NCBI GenBank assembly: GCA_963759135.1
Contig: CAVWXU010000016.1
Coordinates: 69,909-133,908, forward strand
Source of the DNA: an uncultured Chloroflexia bacterium
GTDB lineage: Bacteria > Chloroflexota > Limnocylindria > Limnocylindrales > CSP1-4
Reading direction: 5' to 3'
Length of the DNA: 64,000 bases
Part shown: one piece after another, positions 9,407 to 18,771 of the stretch
How the letters are laid out: the number at the start of each line of letters is the position of its first letter
Numbering within the stretch: position 1 is the stretch's first letter
Notes under the pieces: model-generated
What the model was told of the DNA's origin: nothing
The model's input: only the letters and a program-made list of their open reading frames with translations
Databases searched by the model: none
Program-made: the position numbers and the translations under genes

Positions 9407-9490
9407 GCAGCCGGGTGGCTCAGACCCGCGGGCGAGCGGCCCGGAGCCGAAGCCGGGTGGCTCAGTGCCGCGGACGAGCGGCCCGGAGCC
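9407..9490. repeat. 2 x 42-bp tandem duplication in the moaD-moaE linker
   Basis: gcagccgggtggctcagacccgcgggcgagcggcccggagcc followed by gaagccgggtggctcagtgccgcggacgagcggcccggagcc. In the moaD frame this encodes AAGWLRPAGERPGA / EAGWLSAADERPGA. Confidence 0.9.
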
Positions 9491-9989
9491 GTCGGGTCGA
9501 CTCCGGGTCATCCAGCTGCAGGCCGACCCGATCGACCAGCGGACGCTCGCCCGCCTTCGGTCCGCCGTCGCGACGCCCGCTGACGGCGCGGTCGTGACCT
9601 TCGAGGGCCGGACGAGGGAGACGCCGGGCACGCCGGCCCCGGGCGAGGAGGCCGAGGCCGCGCGCCACGCCGGCCAGGCGGTCCTCGCGCTCGACTACGA
9701 AGCGTACGAAGAGATGGCGCTGACCGTGCTGACGGAGATCGCGGACGAGATCGAGGTGCGCTTCGGCGCACGACGTATCGCGATGGTGCACCGGACCGGG
9801 CGTGTCCCGCTCGGCGAGGACAGCGTGGCGATCGCGGTCGCGTCGCCGCACCGCAGCGCCGCGTTCGACGCCTGCCGGTACGCGATCGACGAACTGAAGG
9901 GGCGCGCGCCGATCTGGAAGGCGGAGCACTTCGCCGACGGGAGCGTCTGGACGGGCGAGACGGCAAGAGAGGCGCCCCCGCCCGTATGA
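9465..9989 (+). CDS. moaE: Molybdopterin synthase catalytic subunit MoaE (start uncertain; probably fused to moaD)
   Basis: The frame containing LRVIQLQADPIDQRTL...GAVVTFEGRTRE...MVHRTGRVPLGEDSVAIAVASPHRSAAFDACRYAIDELKGRAPIWKAEHF is typical MoaE. The only upstream in-frame start is the GTG at 9465. The span 9152..9989 is 3n+1 nt. Confidence 0.8.
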   Translation: MPRTSGPEPSGRLRVIQLQADPIDQRTLARLRSAVATPADGAVVTFEGRTRETPGTPAPGEEAEAARHAGQAVLALDYEAYEEMALTVLTEIADEIEVRFGARRIAMVHRTGRVPLGEDSVAIAVASPHRSAAFDACRYAIDELKGRAPIWKAEHFADGSVWTGETAREAPPPV

Positions 9990-9996
9990 TGCCGGC

Positions 9997-11583
9997 GTGA
10001 AGCCGCCGTGGGAAGGTCACCTCTCCGACCGCGCGGACGTCCTGCTGGGCCTTGCCGACACCCTGGCCGGCCCCCTCGCCACCGCGGCCCGCGCACACAC
10101 GAGCGTCGCCGCACAGCGGGCGCTGCTGCGAGCCATCGGCGTCTCGGGGCTCGCGCCGGACGGGCGGTCCCTCGCCCTCGAGGTCGTCCATCGATTCGCC
10201 GCGGCCGACCACCGGCTGCTCCGCACCGGGATCGCGTTGCCGTTTGCGCTTGCCGCACATGAGTACGACCTGGAACCACAGCAGCTGGCGCTCGAGGTGA
10301 TCGAAGGGCACGTCGACCTCGCGGCCGAGGCGGACCTGCTGCGGAGCAGGGAGCGGGCGAAGCCTGCCCGAGCGCTGCTGGAGACGTGGCTCGCCGCCGC
10401 CGACGATCGGTTCGAGGCGAACCGGGTGGCGCGCGCCGAGCTGACCGACCTCTTCGGGCAACCTGCGTTTCCGTCGATCGCTGTCGAGGAACGCGCCTTC
10501 GACGCTCGTGACGCCTCGATCCACGCCGCTCGGCTGGTGGCGTCCGGGGCCGACCTCGTGCGCGTGCGCGTGCCACGCGATGGCGAGCTGCGGGACGACC
10601 TGGGTGCCGTCGCGGCCGAGGACGAATGGCCGGTCGGGCCCGAGGCGCCGCCGCCCGCCGGCAGCCAGCGGGGGCTGGCCGTGGTCCGCGCCGCGCTCGA
10701 CGAGGCCGGGGCCGCGGCCGGGCGGTATCCCGGGCTCGCGATCCGTCGCGTAGGGCTGGCGGCACCGGAACTCGCCCTGGTGGCGGGGTTCGAGCGCGTC
10801 GACGTTGTCTTCACCGACCCGATGGAAGCGATCGCACAGGTGGGTGTCGATCCGGACCGCGCGCTGGCCGACCACGCCGTGGCCCAGGCGCTGCTCGCGC
10901 GCTCGGGCGCGCGCCTGGTGCTGTCGGCGGGCGCCCTGATCGAGCCGACGACGTGGGCGGCTCCGGCGCAGGTGGCGGCTGCCGGCGGGCGCGCCCTCGC
11001 GCTCCAGGCGTTGAGCCGCGCGTTCGCGCTGCGGAACGGCTTCCCGGCGGACCGGCTCGACCTCGACGCGTGTCCGCCGTTCGCCGCGACCCGGGACGGC
11101 GCGCTCCAGCCGCTCGTGCACGTCGCCCTGCGGGCCCTGCTGTTCCCGCAGCACCGGCTCGTCGTGGAGGACCAGGTGGGCGAGGTAGCCGGCGCGACGC
11201 TCCCCGCCCTGATCGCCACGTGGGCGGCGGAACCGGCACGGATTGGGACGGTCTTCGTCGGTGCCGATGCCGCCAGCCTGGGCCGGGAGCGGGACGCGAT
11301 GCGGGGAGCGTTTCTCGCCGCGGCGGTGTTCGCCGATGCTCGGTCCGCCGGGGAGTTTCGCGGCGCCGGGCTCGACATGGCTCGCAGCACGCTGGACGTG
11401 GCGATCGAGACGCTGCAGACCGTCGACCGCGGCGGGCTGGCGTCGGTGTTTGGGCACTCCGACCGGATCGGGGCGAATGGGCTCGAGACTCGAGGTCCGC
11501 GCGACCTGGCGAGCGCCTGGGCGTGGGGCGAGGATGCGCACCCCGACGAGGTCCCGGATCCCGCCGAGGCGCGCGATGGGTGA
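9997..11583 (+). CDS. Conserved hypothetical protein, Ala-rich; possibly a lysine 5,6-aminomutase alpha (KamD) TIM-barrel-like fold
   Basis: 528-aa ORF (GTG start) beginning 8 nt after the moaE stop. By eye it is colinear with my recollection of KamD (e.g. SVAAQRALLRAIGVSG, AARLVASGADLVRVRVPRDG, AAPELALVAGFERVDVVFTD). No B12-binding beta subunit is nearby. The family assignment comes from memory, not a search. Confidence 0.4.
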   Translation: MKPPWEGHLSDRADVLLGLADTLAGPLATAARAHTSVAAQRALLRAIGVSGLAPDGRSLALEVVHRFAAADHRLLRTGIALPFALAAHEYDLEPQQLALEVIEGHVDLAAEADLLRSRERAKPARALLETWLAAADDRFEANRVARAELTDLFGQPAFPSIAVEERAFDARDASIHAARLVASGADLVRVRVPRDGELRDDLGAVAAEDEWPVGPEAPPPAGSQRGLAVVRAALDEAGAAAGRYPGLAIRRVGLAAPELALVAGFERVDVVFTDPMEAIAQVGVDPDRALADHAVAQALLARSGARLVLSAGALIEPTTWAAPAQVAAAGGRALALQALSRAFALRNGFPADRLDLDACPPFAATRDGALQPLVHVALRALLFPQHRLVVEDQVGEVAGATLPALIATWAAEPARIGTVFVGADAASLGRERDAMRGAFLAAAVFADARSAGEFRGAGLDMARSTLDVAIETLQTVDRGGLASVFGHSDRIGANGLETRGPRDLASAWAWGEDAHPDEVPDPAEARDG

Positions 11584-12202
11584 CGGCGTCACCGGCGTGG
11601 GCGGGGGAGGAGGCCCCGACCCGGGGCGGGCCGGGGGCGGCGCGCGCGCCGCGCCCCCGCCGGCGGACCCATGGGTGAGCGGCGGTGGATGGGTCGGCGG
11701 CTTCTATGGCCCGCGACGCGCGTCGCGGGCCGCGTTTCCGTGGGCGGGTGCGATCCTCGTCCTGCTTGGCCTCGCGTTCCTGGCGCACGAGGCCGAACCC
11801 GCGCTCGATGGCTGGGGGCTCGTCACCCTGGCGCTCGGAGGCGCGCTGTGCATCGCCTGGGCGACCGATCGGTCCTGGATCGCGCTCTGGCCGGGAGTCC
11901 TGCTGCTCGGGTACGGGACGGCCCGGGTGTTGCTGGGTCTCGACGTGCTGACCGGTGCCGGCTGGACGACGGTGGGCATCGGCCTCGGGCTCATCGCAGG
12001 CTGGCTTGCGCTGCGCGCGCGCGGCCACGCCGGCACCTGGCCGCTCGCGATCGCCGCGCTGTTCGTGCTCGTCGGCGCGGGCGAGATCGCCGCCGAGCTG
12101 CCGGCGCTGCAGGGGATCCAGGCCTACGTTCCCCCGCTCATCGTGGTCGCGCTGGGCGCGGCGCTGATCGTTTCCGGCCGGGCAAGGACGCGCGCGCGGT
12201 AG
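11576..12202 (+). CDS. Small integral membrane protein (Gly/Pro-rich N-terminus, about 5 TM helices)
   Basis: The ATG at 11576 overlaps the previous stop by 8 nt. Hydrophobic core: WAGAILVLLGLAFLA, LVTLALGGALCIAW, WPGVLLLGYGTARVLLGL, IGLGLIAGWLAL, LAIAALFVLVGAG, PPLIVVALGAALIV. Confidence 0.6.
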   Translation: MGDGVTGVGGGGGPDPGRAGGGARAAPPPADPWVSGGGWVGGFYGPRRASRAAFPWAGAILVLLGLAFLAHEAEPALDGWGLVTLALGGALCIAWATDRSWIALWPGVLLLGYGTARVLLGLDVLTGAGWTTVGIGLGLIAGWLALRARGHAGTWPLAIAALFVLVGAGEIAAELPALQGIQAYVPPLIVVALGAALIVSGRARTRAR

Positions 12203-12236
12203 GCGGCCTCGCCCCGTCGACGCGACCGTCGCAGGG

Positions 12237-13619
12237 TCAGTCGCCGGCGAGCGCCTCGTCGACCGAAGATCGCATCGCCGATGCGATCTCGCGGACCTGC
12301 GCGTCCGTCACCACGAAGGGCGGTCCGACCATCACGATGTCGCCGTCGACTCCATCCGCGTTCCCGGTACCCGAGTAGAAGAGCACGCCGCACCGTCGGC
12401 CGGCCGCCAGCACGCGCTCGGCGACCTGTCGCGAGCGGCGGAACGGCCGCCGCGTCTCGCGATCGGCGACCAGTTCGACGGCGGCCATGAGCCCGGCTGA
12501 CCGCACCTCGCCGGCGTTCGGGTGGGCGTCGAGGGCGCGGTGGAGCTCCGTCGCCAGCAGCTCGCCCTGCCGGGCGCTCCTGGCGACGAGGTCCTCGTCC
12601 CGGAGGATGCGCAGGACTTCGCGGGCGACCGCCGCGCCGACGGCCGAGTGCGAGTGCGTGAAGCCGTGCACGAACACGCCGGAGCGGCGGATCGTCTCGT
12701 AGACGGTCCGGTCCGCGGCGGCGAACCCGAACGGCCAGTATCCGCCGGTGGCGCCCTTCGCCGCGACCAGGATGTCGGGCCGCACCCCGAACCCGTCCAT
12801 GGCGAACCACCGGCCGGTCCGACCGAACCCGGTCATCACCTCGTCCGCGACGAGCAGCACGCCGTGCCGCCGGCACACGTCCGCGACGGCCGGCCAGTAC
12901 CCCGGCGGCGGACCCACCACCCCGAGCGTCGCCCCCACGATCGGCTCTGCGACGAACGCGCAGACGCGAGCGGGGCCGGCTGCCGAGATGACGCGGTCGA
13001 GCTCGGCCGCGGCTTCCTCCGCGCTCCCCGTCGCGTGCGCGTCGGGATCACCGGCGCGGTACGGGTACGCGGCGCTGACGTGACGGAACCGACCCAGCCA
13101 GCCCTCGTACGGTTGCCGGAGCGGTTTCCGGCCGGACAGGTCGAGCGCGCCGAGCGTGTTGCCGTGGTAGCTGCCCCAGCGCGCGATCACGATCTCCCGC
13201 TCGGGCTCGCCACGCGCGACGTGGTAGGCGCGGGCCATCTTGAGCGCCGTCTCGATGGCCTCCGAGCCTCCGCTGACGGGGTAGATGGCGGCCTCGTCGA
13301 GGGGCAGCAGGGGCCCCAGCTCGGCGGCGTACGCCTCGAGCGGCTCGCTGGTGAAGGCCGACCCATGGGCGAAGGCGACGCGAGCCGCCTGCTCCGCCAT
13401 CGCCTCCGCCACCGACTCGCGTCCGTGGCCCACGTTGACGACGATGGCCCCACCGGCAGCGTCCAGGTAGCGGCGGCCCTCGGAATCCCAGATCTCTGCT
13501 CCGCGGGCACGGACCGCGACCGGCAGTGTGCGGCCGAGTGCCCGGGAGAACACGCGGCCCGGTATCGCGGCTTCGGGGACCTGCCGGCGCCCGGCCGGCT
13601 CGCCGGCAGTCATGGCCAC
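12237..13619 (-). CDS. Class-III (omega) pyridoxal-phosphate aminotransferase
   Basis: 460-aa ORF with VVNVGHGRESV, SGGSEAIETALKMAR, LLVADEVMTGFGRTGRWFA and the PLP lysine context LVAAKGATGGY. Confidence 0.85.
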   Translation of the reverse strand: MAMTAGEPAGRRQVPEAAIPGRVFSRALGRTLPVAVRARGAEIWDSEGRRYLDAAGGAIVVNVGHGRESVAEAMAEQAARVAFAHGSAFTSEPLEAYAAELGPLLPLDEAAIYPVSGGSEAIETALKMARAYHVARGEPEREIVIARWGSYHGNTLGALDLSGRKPLRQPYEGWLGRFRHVSAAYPYRAGDPDAHATGSAEEAAAELDRVISAAGPARVCAFVAEPIVGATLGVVGPPPGYWPAVADVCRRHGVLLVADEVMTGFGRTGRWFAMDGFGVRPDILVAAKGATGGYWPFGFAAADRTVYETIRRSGVFVHGFTHSHSAVGAAVAREVLRILRDEDLVARSARQGELLATELHRALDAHPNAGEVRSAGLMAAVELVADRETRRPFRRSRQVAERVLAAGRRCGVLFYSGTGNADGVDGDIVMVGPPFVVTDAQVREIASAMRSSVDEALAGD

Positions 13620-13700
13620 TCCTGTCCGTCGGTCGGCGCCGCCTGTGTCGCCGCCGCCGGCGTCGGGGTCGCGCCGCCGGCGTCGTCGCCGCTGCGACCG

Positions 13701-14559
13701 TCACTTCGTGTAGATCCCCTGCGGGTCCAGTTCCTCGCGGATCAGGCGGAGCTCCTCGTCGCTGGGTGGTGGCGTCGCCCCGGGCGTGTCGGCCAGCAGC
13801 GGCTCCCAGGCCATCGCGGCGCGGACCTGCTCGAGGGTCGCGCCCGGGTGGAGCGAGTCGAGGCGCATCTCGCCGGTCTCGTCGTCGAAGTGGTAGATGG
13901 CGAGGTCGGTGACCACCACCGACGGGCCGCGGCCGTTCCAGCCGCCCTCGCGCCGGATGCGCGCTCCGTCCGGCCCGCCCAGGTTGCCGGGCGACGTCCG
14001 GAAGTCGATGCGCTCCACGAACGAGCGCCTCGCCTGTCGCATGATCACGAACACGTCCCTCGCGTGGATGGCGATCTCGCACGCCCCGCCGGAGCCCGGA
14101 AGCCGCGTAGTGGGATGCGAGTAGTCGCCGATCACGGTCGTGTTGATGTTGCCGTACCGGTCGATCTGCGCGGCGCCGAGGAACCCCACGTCGACCAGGC
14201 CGCGCTGCAGGTAGTACGCGAAGAGCTCGAACATGCTCATGACGGCGGTCGAGCCCGTGACGATGGTCGGGTCGCCGATCGAGAGCGGGAGGCGCGCCGG
14301 CTTCGGCGCCGAAGACGCCCGCCTCGTAGACGAGCTCCAGGTCCGGAGCCACGGTGCGCTTGGCGAGGTTGACGGCGATGTTGGGCAGCCCGACGCCGAC
14401 GAAGCAGACGCGCTTGCCGGCGAGCTCGCGCGCCGCCGCGGCGATCATCATCTCCGACCTGGAGAAGGCCAGTTCCGCCGGCATCCTCCCGGCTGCCGGG
14501 GTGCCGGGGGCGGCCGACCGGCCCGGGTTGTTCGACACTCCCTCGAGCCGTCCGCTCAT
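13701..14559 (-). CDS. CoA-transferase subunit B (glutaconate / 3-oxoacid CoA-transferase family), frameshifted
   Basis: The N-terminal part (MSGRLEG...SRSEMMIAAAARELAGKRVCFVGVGLPNIAVNLAKRTVAPDLELVYEAGVFGAE) sits in one frame. The rest (ARLPLSIGDPTIVTGSTAVMSMFELF...GSGGACEIA) sits in the next, switching near 14295-14305. The span is 3n+1. The start overlaps the subunit A stop (ATGA). Confidence 0.8.
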
Positions 14560-15473
14560 CGGTAGGCTCCGTAGTCGACCGGCTGCGACGGCGCAGGCCC
14601 CGGGCGCAGCGCCGCGAGCCGCTCGACGCCGAGCTTCGCCACGTACTCCTGCCGGCCGCTCACGCCGTGCACCCACTCGGCCAGCCATGTGTCGAGCGCG
14701 GACGGGTCCCGACTGATCGCCTCCCACTCGAGGTAGAAGCGGTTGTCCCGGTCGTAGTAGCCCTGCGCATAGGACGGGTGCGCGCCGAACGGCTCGACGA
14801 CCACGGCGTCGACCAGCAGGCCGGGGATGATCGTGCGGTTCGGGTCGGCCCGGACCACCGACTCGTCGACCAGCTCCTCGACGACCACGATCAGGCGATC
14901 GGCGGCGAAGGCGGCCTCCTTCTGGCAGCCCAGCAGTCCCCAGACCTGCGTGTCGCCGTTCGCGTCGGCACGCTGGGCGTGGATGATCGTCACGTCCGGC
15001 CTGAGCGGCGGTACTGCGTACACCGTCTCCTCGCCGTACGGCGAGCGGATCGGCCGGATCAACGGGTTCACCACCGGCAGGTCGGTCTGGAAATACGAAC
15101 GCAGCGGGAAGAAGGGGAGGTTGGACGCGCCGGCGACGTACCGGCCGACCATCCCGAAGTGGCTGTACTCCTCGACCTCCAGGGGCCCAGGGTCGGCCGA
15201 CTCGATCCGGCGACGGATCGCGTGGAGGCCTCCGACGCCGGGGTTGCCCAGCCAGCTGAAGATCAGCTTGCGTGCGACGCCGGCGCCGATCATCTGGTCG
15301 TACACGAGGTCCGGCGTGAGGCGCGCCAGGGTGAGGTCCCGCTTCCGCTGCCGGATGATCTCGTGGCCGGCGGCGAAGCAGATGAGGTGCGTGAACCCTT
15401 CGATGGCGACCGTGTCGCCGTCCCGGACGAGGTCGCGGACGGCGTCCGCCATGCTCGCAACCTTCGAGACCAT
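14556..15473 (-). CDS. CoA-transferase subunit A (glutaconate CoA-transferase-like)
   Basis: 305-aa ORF with VRDGDTVAIEGFTHLI, IFSWLGNPGVGGLH, TIIHAQRADANGDTQVWG and LIVVVEELV. Confidence 0.85.
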   Translation of the reverse strand: MVSKVASMADAVRDLVRDGDTVAIEGFTHLICFAAGHEIIRQRKRDLTLARLTPDLVYDQMIGAGVARKLIFSWLGNPGVGGLHAIRRRIESADPGPLEVEEYSHFGMVGRYVAGASNLPFFPLRSYFQTDLPVVNPLIRPIRSPYGEETVYAVPPLRPDVTIIHAQRADANGDTQVWGLLGCQKEAAFAADRLIVVVEELVDESVVRADPNRTIIPGLLVDAVVVEPFGAHPSYAQGYYDRDNRFYLEWEAISRDPSALDTWLAEWVHGVSGRQEYVAKLGVERLAALRPGPAPSQPVDYGAYR

Positions 15474-15569
15474 CCGCCCGGACCCCTCCGCTGCTGCAGC
15501 CGGCCGCGCTCCCGCGGGCGTGGCCCAGCCGGCGCTGACCCGCCGGCTCCACCTCCGCCGGCCTGGCCC

Positions 15570-16868
15570 TTACCCCCTGGCCTCGACCGCCGCGACCGCC
15601 TCTCCGAAGATCCGCAGCCCGGTGGCCGCCTCCTCCGCCGTGATGGACAGTGCAGGAGACACGCGAACCACGACATCGCCGGCCGTCAGGACGAGCAGGC
15701 CGCGCTGGAAGCACTCCTCCTCGACCGCGTTCGCCGTTCGTCCCGAGTCGAACTCGATCCCGATCATCAGTCCCCTGCCGCGCACGTCGCGCACGAGGCC
15801 GTCGTGGCGCCAGACGAGCTGCCGCAGCCCCTCCATCAGCTGCTCGCCGCGGGCCGCCGCATTGGCCATGTACTCGCGCTCGATGAGGCGGATCGTCACG
15901 AGGGCGGCGGCGCAGCTCACGGGGTTGCCGCCGAACGTGGAGCCGTGCGCTCCGGCCGGCCACGACATCAGCTCGGAGCGAGCGATCATCGCGCCGAGCG
16001 GCAGCCCGGACGCGATCCCCTTCGCCGTCAACAGCACGTCGGGCTCGACGCCCCAGTGTTCGATCGCCCACCACTTGCCGGTCCGCCCCATGCCCGACTG
16101 AATCTCGTCGGCAACGAGCAGGATGCCGTGCTCGTCGCACAGGCGGCGCAGGCGCGGCAGGAAGTCGGGCTCGGGGACGATATAGCCGCCTTCGCCCTGG
16201 ATGGGCTCGACGAAGATGGCCGCGACCTCGTTCGCCGGGACGAGGCGCCGGAGCACCCGTTGCTCGAGCTCGTCGATCCCGGCGTCGCCGAACGGCACGT
16301 GGTAGACGCCGGGCAGCAGCGGTGCGTACTGTGCGCGGTACTTCGCCCTGGACCCGGTCACGCTCACCGCGCCGTAGGTCCGACCGTGGAACGCGCCGAG
16401 GAACGCGATGAAGGCCTGGCGGCCGGTCGCGTACCGGGCGAGCTTCATGGCCGACTCGACTGCCTCGGCGCCGGAGTTGCACAGGAAGGCCCGCGTCGGG
16501 CCGCTGATCGGTGCGATCCGGTCCAGCTCGCGCGCCACCTCCATGTAGACGGGGAGGTAGTAGTCCGAGCTGGCGCAGTGGATCAGGGTGGCTGCCTGCT
16601 CCGCGATCGCGGCGACCACGTCGGGATGGCAGTGCCCGGTGGAGTTCACGGCGATCCCGGCAGCGAAATCGAGGAAGCGGTTGCCGTCGATGTCCTCGAC
16701 CATCGAGCCCTCGCCGCGCACCGGCACGATCCGGTAGACGCGCGGCAGGCTCGGCGTGACGTACAGCTCGTCGAGCGCGATGTGCGCGCGGGCTCTCGGC
16801 CCGGGCAGCTCGGTGACGATGTGGGGCGTGGGTCGCGCCCGGACGGTCGTGCGTGCAGGCTCGGTCAT
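15570..16868 (-). CDS. gabT: 4-aminobutyrate / omega-amino acid aminotransferase (class III)
   Basis: From MTEPARTT (ATG at 16868) the product is 432 aa. Motifs: GIAVNSTGHCHP, CNSGAEAVESAMKLAR, FVEPIQGEGGY, LLVADEIQSGMGRTGKWWA, LTAKGIASGLPLGA. The track ORF extends spuriously to 17348. Confidence 0.85.
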   Translation of the reverse strand: MTEPARTTVRARPTPHIVTELPGPRARAHIALDELYVTPSLPRVYRIVPVRGEGSMVEDIDGNRFLDFAAGIAVNSTGHCHPDVVAAIAEQAATLIHCASSDYYLPVYMEVARELDRIAPISGPTRAFLCNSGAEAVESAMKLARYATGRQAFIAFLGAFHGRTYGAVSVTGSRAKYRAQYAPLLPGVYHVPFGDAGIDELEQRVLRRLVPANEVAAIFVEPIQGEGGYIVPEPDFLPRLRRLCDEHGILLVADEIQSGMGRTGKWWAIEHWGVEPDVLLTAKGIASGLPLGAMIARSELMSWPAGAHGSTFGGNPVSCAAALVTIRLIEREYMANAAARGEQLMEGLRQLVWRHDGLVRDVRGRGLMIGIEFDSGRTANAVEEECFQRGLLVLTAGDVVVRVSPALSITAEEAATGLRIFGEAVAAVEARG

Positions 16869-16890
16869 CTGCGTGGCTCCGTGCGCCTGG

Positions 16891-16933
16891 CGCCGGTCCC
16901 CGGCGCTGGTGTCCCCGGCGCCGCTGTCCCCGA
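16891..16933. repeat. About 3 x 15-bp tandem repeat (CGCYGGTGTCCCCGG-like)
   Basis: cgccggtccccgg / cgctggtgtccccgg / cgccgctgtccccga, located 23-65 nt upstream of the gabT start codon on the minus strand. Confidence 0.75.
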
Positions 16934-17139
16934 TGGGGCGGACTCGCCGCGGGCGACGATGAATAGCAAATATGCAGACTGGATGACGCTGCCCGTAGTG
17001 TACAGGGGCGCAATGCGAGCGGTGGGCCCGCCGACGGGCGGCCGCGGGGCCACGGACGGCCGCGGCCCGCCGATCTCGATGGCCCGCCGAGCCGCGCGCG
17101 GCGACGGGCGGCCGCGGGCCGACCGGTGGCCTGACCCCC

Positions 17140-18717
17140 TCAGTCGACGATCGTCTGGCTCTGCTCGTGCATGTATTGCTGCACGTAGTAGAAGCCGCCG
17201 CCCGACTTTCCCGTGGTGCCCGAGCCCTTCCACCCGCCGAACGGCTGCACGCCCGGCCAGGCGCCCGTCGTGGCGCCCGCCCGCCGGTTGACGTACACGA
17301 CGCCCGCCTCGATGGCGCGCAGGAACGCGTCGATCTGCTCTCGGTCACGGCCGTAGAACCCGGCGGTGAGCCCGTAGACGTTGTCGTTCGCGAGTGTCAG
17401 CGCCTCGTCGAGCGTGTCGACGGCTCCGACGACCACGAGCGGGACGAAGAGCTCCTCCCGGAAGAGCCGATGATCGAACGGCAGGCCGGCCACGATCGTG
17501 GGAGCGACGAAGTAGCCCTTGTCGTAGGCGCCGCCCGCCAGCCGCTGCCCGCCGGCGAGGATCGTCCCGTCGCGGCGCGCCTCCTCCACGGCGCGCTCGT
17601 AGGTGTCGACGGCGGCCTGGTTGACGACCGGTCCGAGCCAGTTCCGGCGGTCGTTCGGGTCGCCGATCGTGATGGCCGCGGTCTTTTCGACCAGCAAGCG
17701 CTGGAACTCGTCCTCGACCTCCCGCTGGACGTACACGCGACTGCAGGCGGAACACTTCTGCCCGCCGAACCCGAAGGCCGATCGCATGATCCCCTCGGCC
17801 GCCTGCTCGAGGTCGGCCGTCCGGCTGACGATCGCCGGGTTCTTGCCCCCCATCTCGACGATGACCGGCTTCGGATAGTCCTTCGCAAAGTGGCGATACA
17901 GGTCGAACCCGACGTCGTACGAGCCCGTGAACGTGAGGCCGTCGACGCCCGGGTTCTCGGCCAGCTCGGCCCCCACCGTGGAGCCGGGGCCCGTGACGAA
18001 GTTCACCACCCCGCCGGGGATGCCCGCGTCACGGAACGCCTCGTACAGCTTGAGCCCCATCAGGCTGCTCTCCGAGGCGGGCTTGAGCACCGCGCAGTTG
18101 CCGGCCACGAGAGCGCCGCCGGCCGGGCCGCCGAAGAGCGACGCGGGGAAGTTGAACGGCGCGATGACGGCCCACACGCCGAACGGCTTCAGGACCGATC
18201 GGGTGTGGACGGTGATGTCGCCCAGGTTACCCATCGTGTAGTCGAAGCCGGCATGCTCCTCGACCTGGTCGCAGTACCAGCGGATCAGGTCGGCCGTCTC
18301 CTCGACATCCCCCAGCGCCTCGAGGCGGTTCTTGCCCACCTCGATCGCGGTCAGGGCCGCGAACTCCATCTGCCGCTCGCTGATGATGTCCGCCGCGCGG
18401 CGCAGCAGCGTGACGCGCTCCCGCCACGGCCGCCCGCTCCAGGCCGGGAACGCCGCCCGCGCGGCGGCGATGGCATCCTGGACGTCATGCCGCGAGCCCT
18501 TCGCGAACCGGCCGACCAGCGTCCCGTCGATGGGGGAACGGTCCTCGTACGTGCCTTCGCCGCTCCTCGGTTCGCCGTTCACGTACAACGCATGCGTCAG
18601 GCCGAGCTCGGACCTGGCCCGCCCCAGCCCGGCCTCGTAATCGGCATGCAGCCGTTCGTTGTCGTTGCGCAGCGTGGCGTACGTGATCTTGATCCGCGGT
18701 TCGGCCGCGCTCGTCAT
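17140..18717 (-). CDS. Aldehyde dehydrogenase of the 1-pyrroline-5-carboxylate / glutamate-semialdehyde dehydrogenase-like clade
   Basis: 525-aa ORF with EVGKNRLEALGDVEETADLIRWY, VIAPFNFPASL, VEMGGKNP, the catalytic Cys in GQKCSACSR, and the C-terminal GAWPGVQPFGGWKGSGTTGKSG typical of P5CDH-type enzymes. Confidence 0.85.
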   Translation of the reverse strand: MTSAAEPRIKITYATLRNDNERLHADYEAGLGRARSELGLTHALYVNGEPRSGEGTYEDRSPIDGTLVGRFAKGSRHDVQDAIAAARAAFPAWSGRPWRERVTLLRRAADIISERQMEFAALTAIEVGKNRLEALGDVEETADLIRWYCDQVEEHAGFDYTMGNLGDITVHTRSVLKPFGVWAVIAPFNFPASLFGGPAGGALVAGNCAVLKPASESSLMGLKLYEAFRDAGIPGGVVNFVTGPGSTVGAELAENPGVDGLTFTGSYDVGFDLYRHFAKDYPKPVIVEMGGKNPAIVSRTADLEQAAEGIMRSAFGFGGQKCSACSRVYVQREVEDEFQRLLVEKTAAITIGDPNDRRNWLGPVVNQAAVDTYERAVEEARRDGTILAGGQRLAGGAYDKGYFVAPTIVAGLPFDHRLFREELFVPLVVVGAVDTLDEALTLANDNVYGLTAGFYGRDREQIDAFLRAIEAGVVYVNRRAGATTGAWPGVQPFGGWKGSGTTGKSGGGFYYVQQYMHEQSQTIVD

Positions 18718-18771
18718 TTCGTCTGACCTCGTGCAACCCGCGACTGCCGTCGGCCTGCTGGGCGGCTCGCG

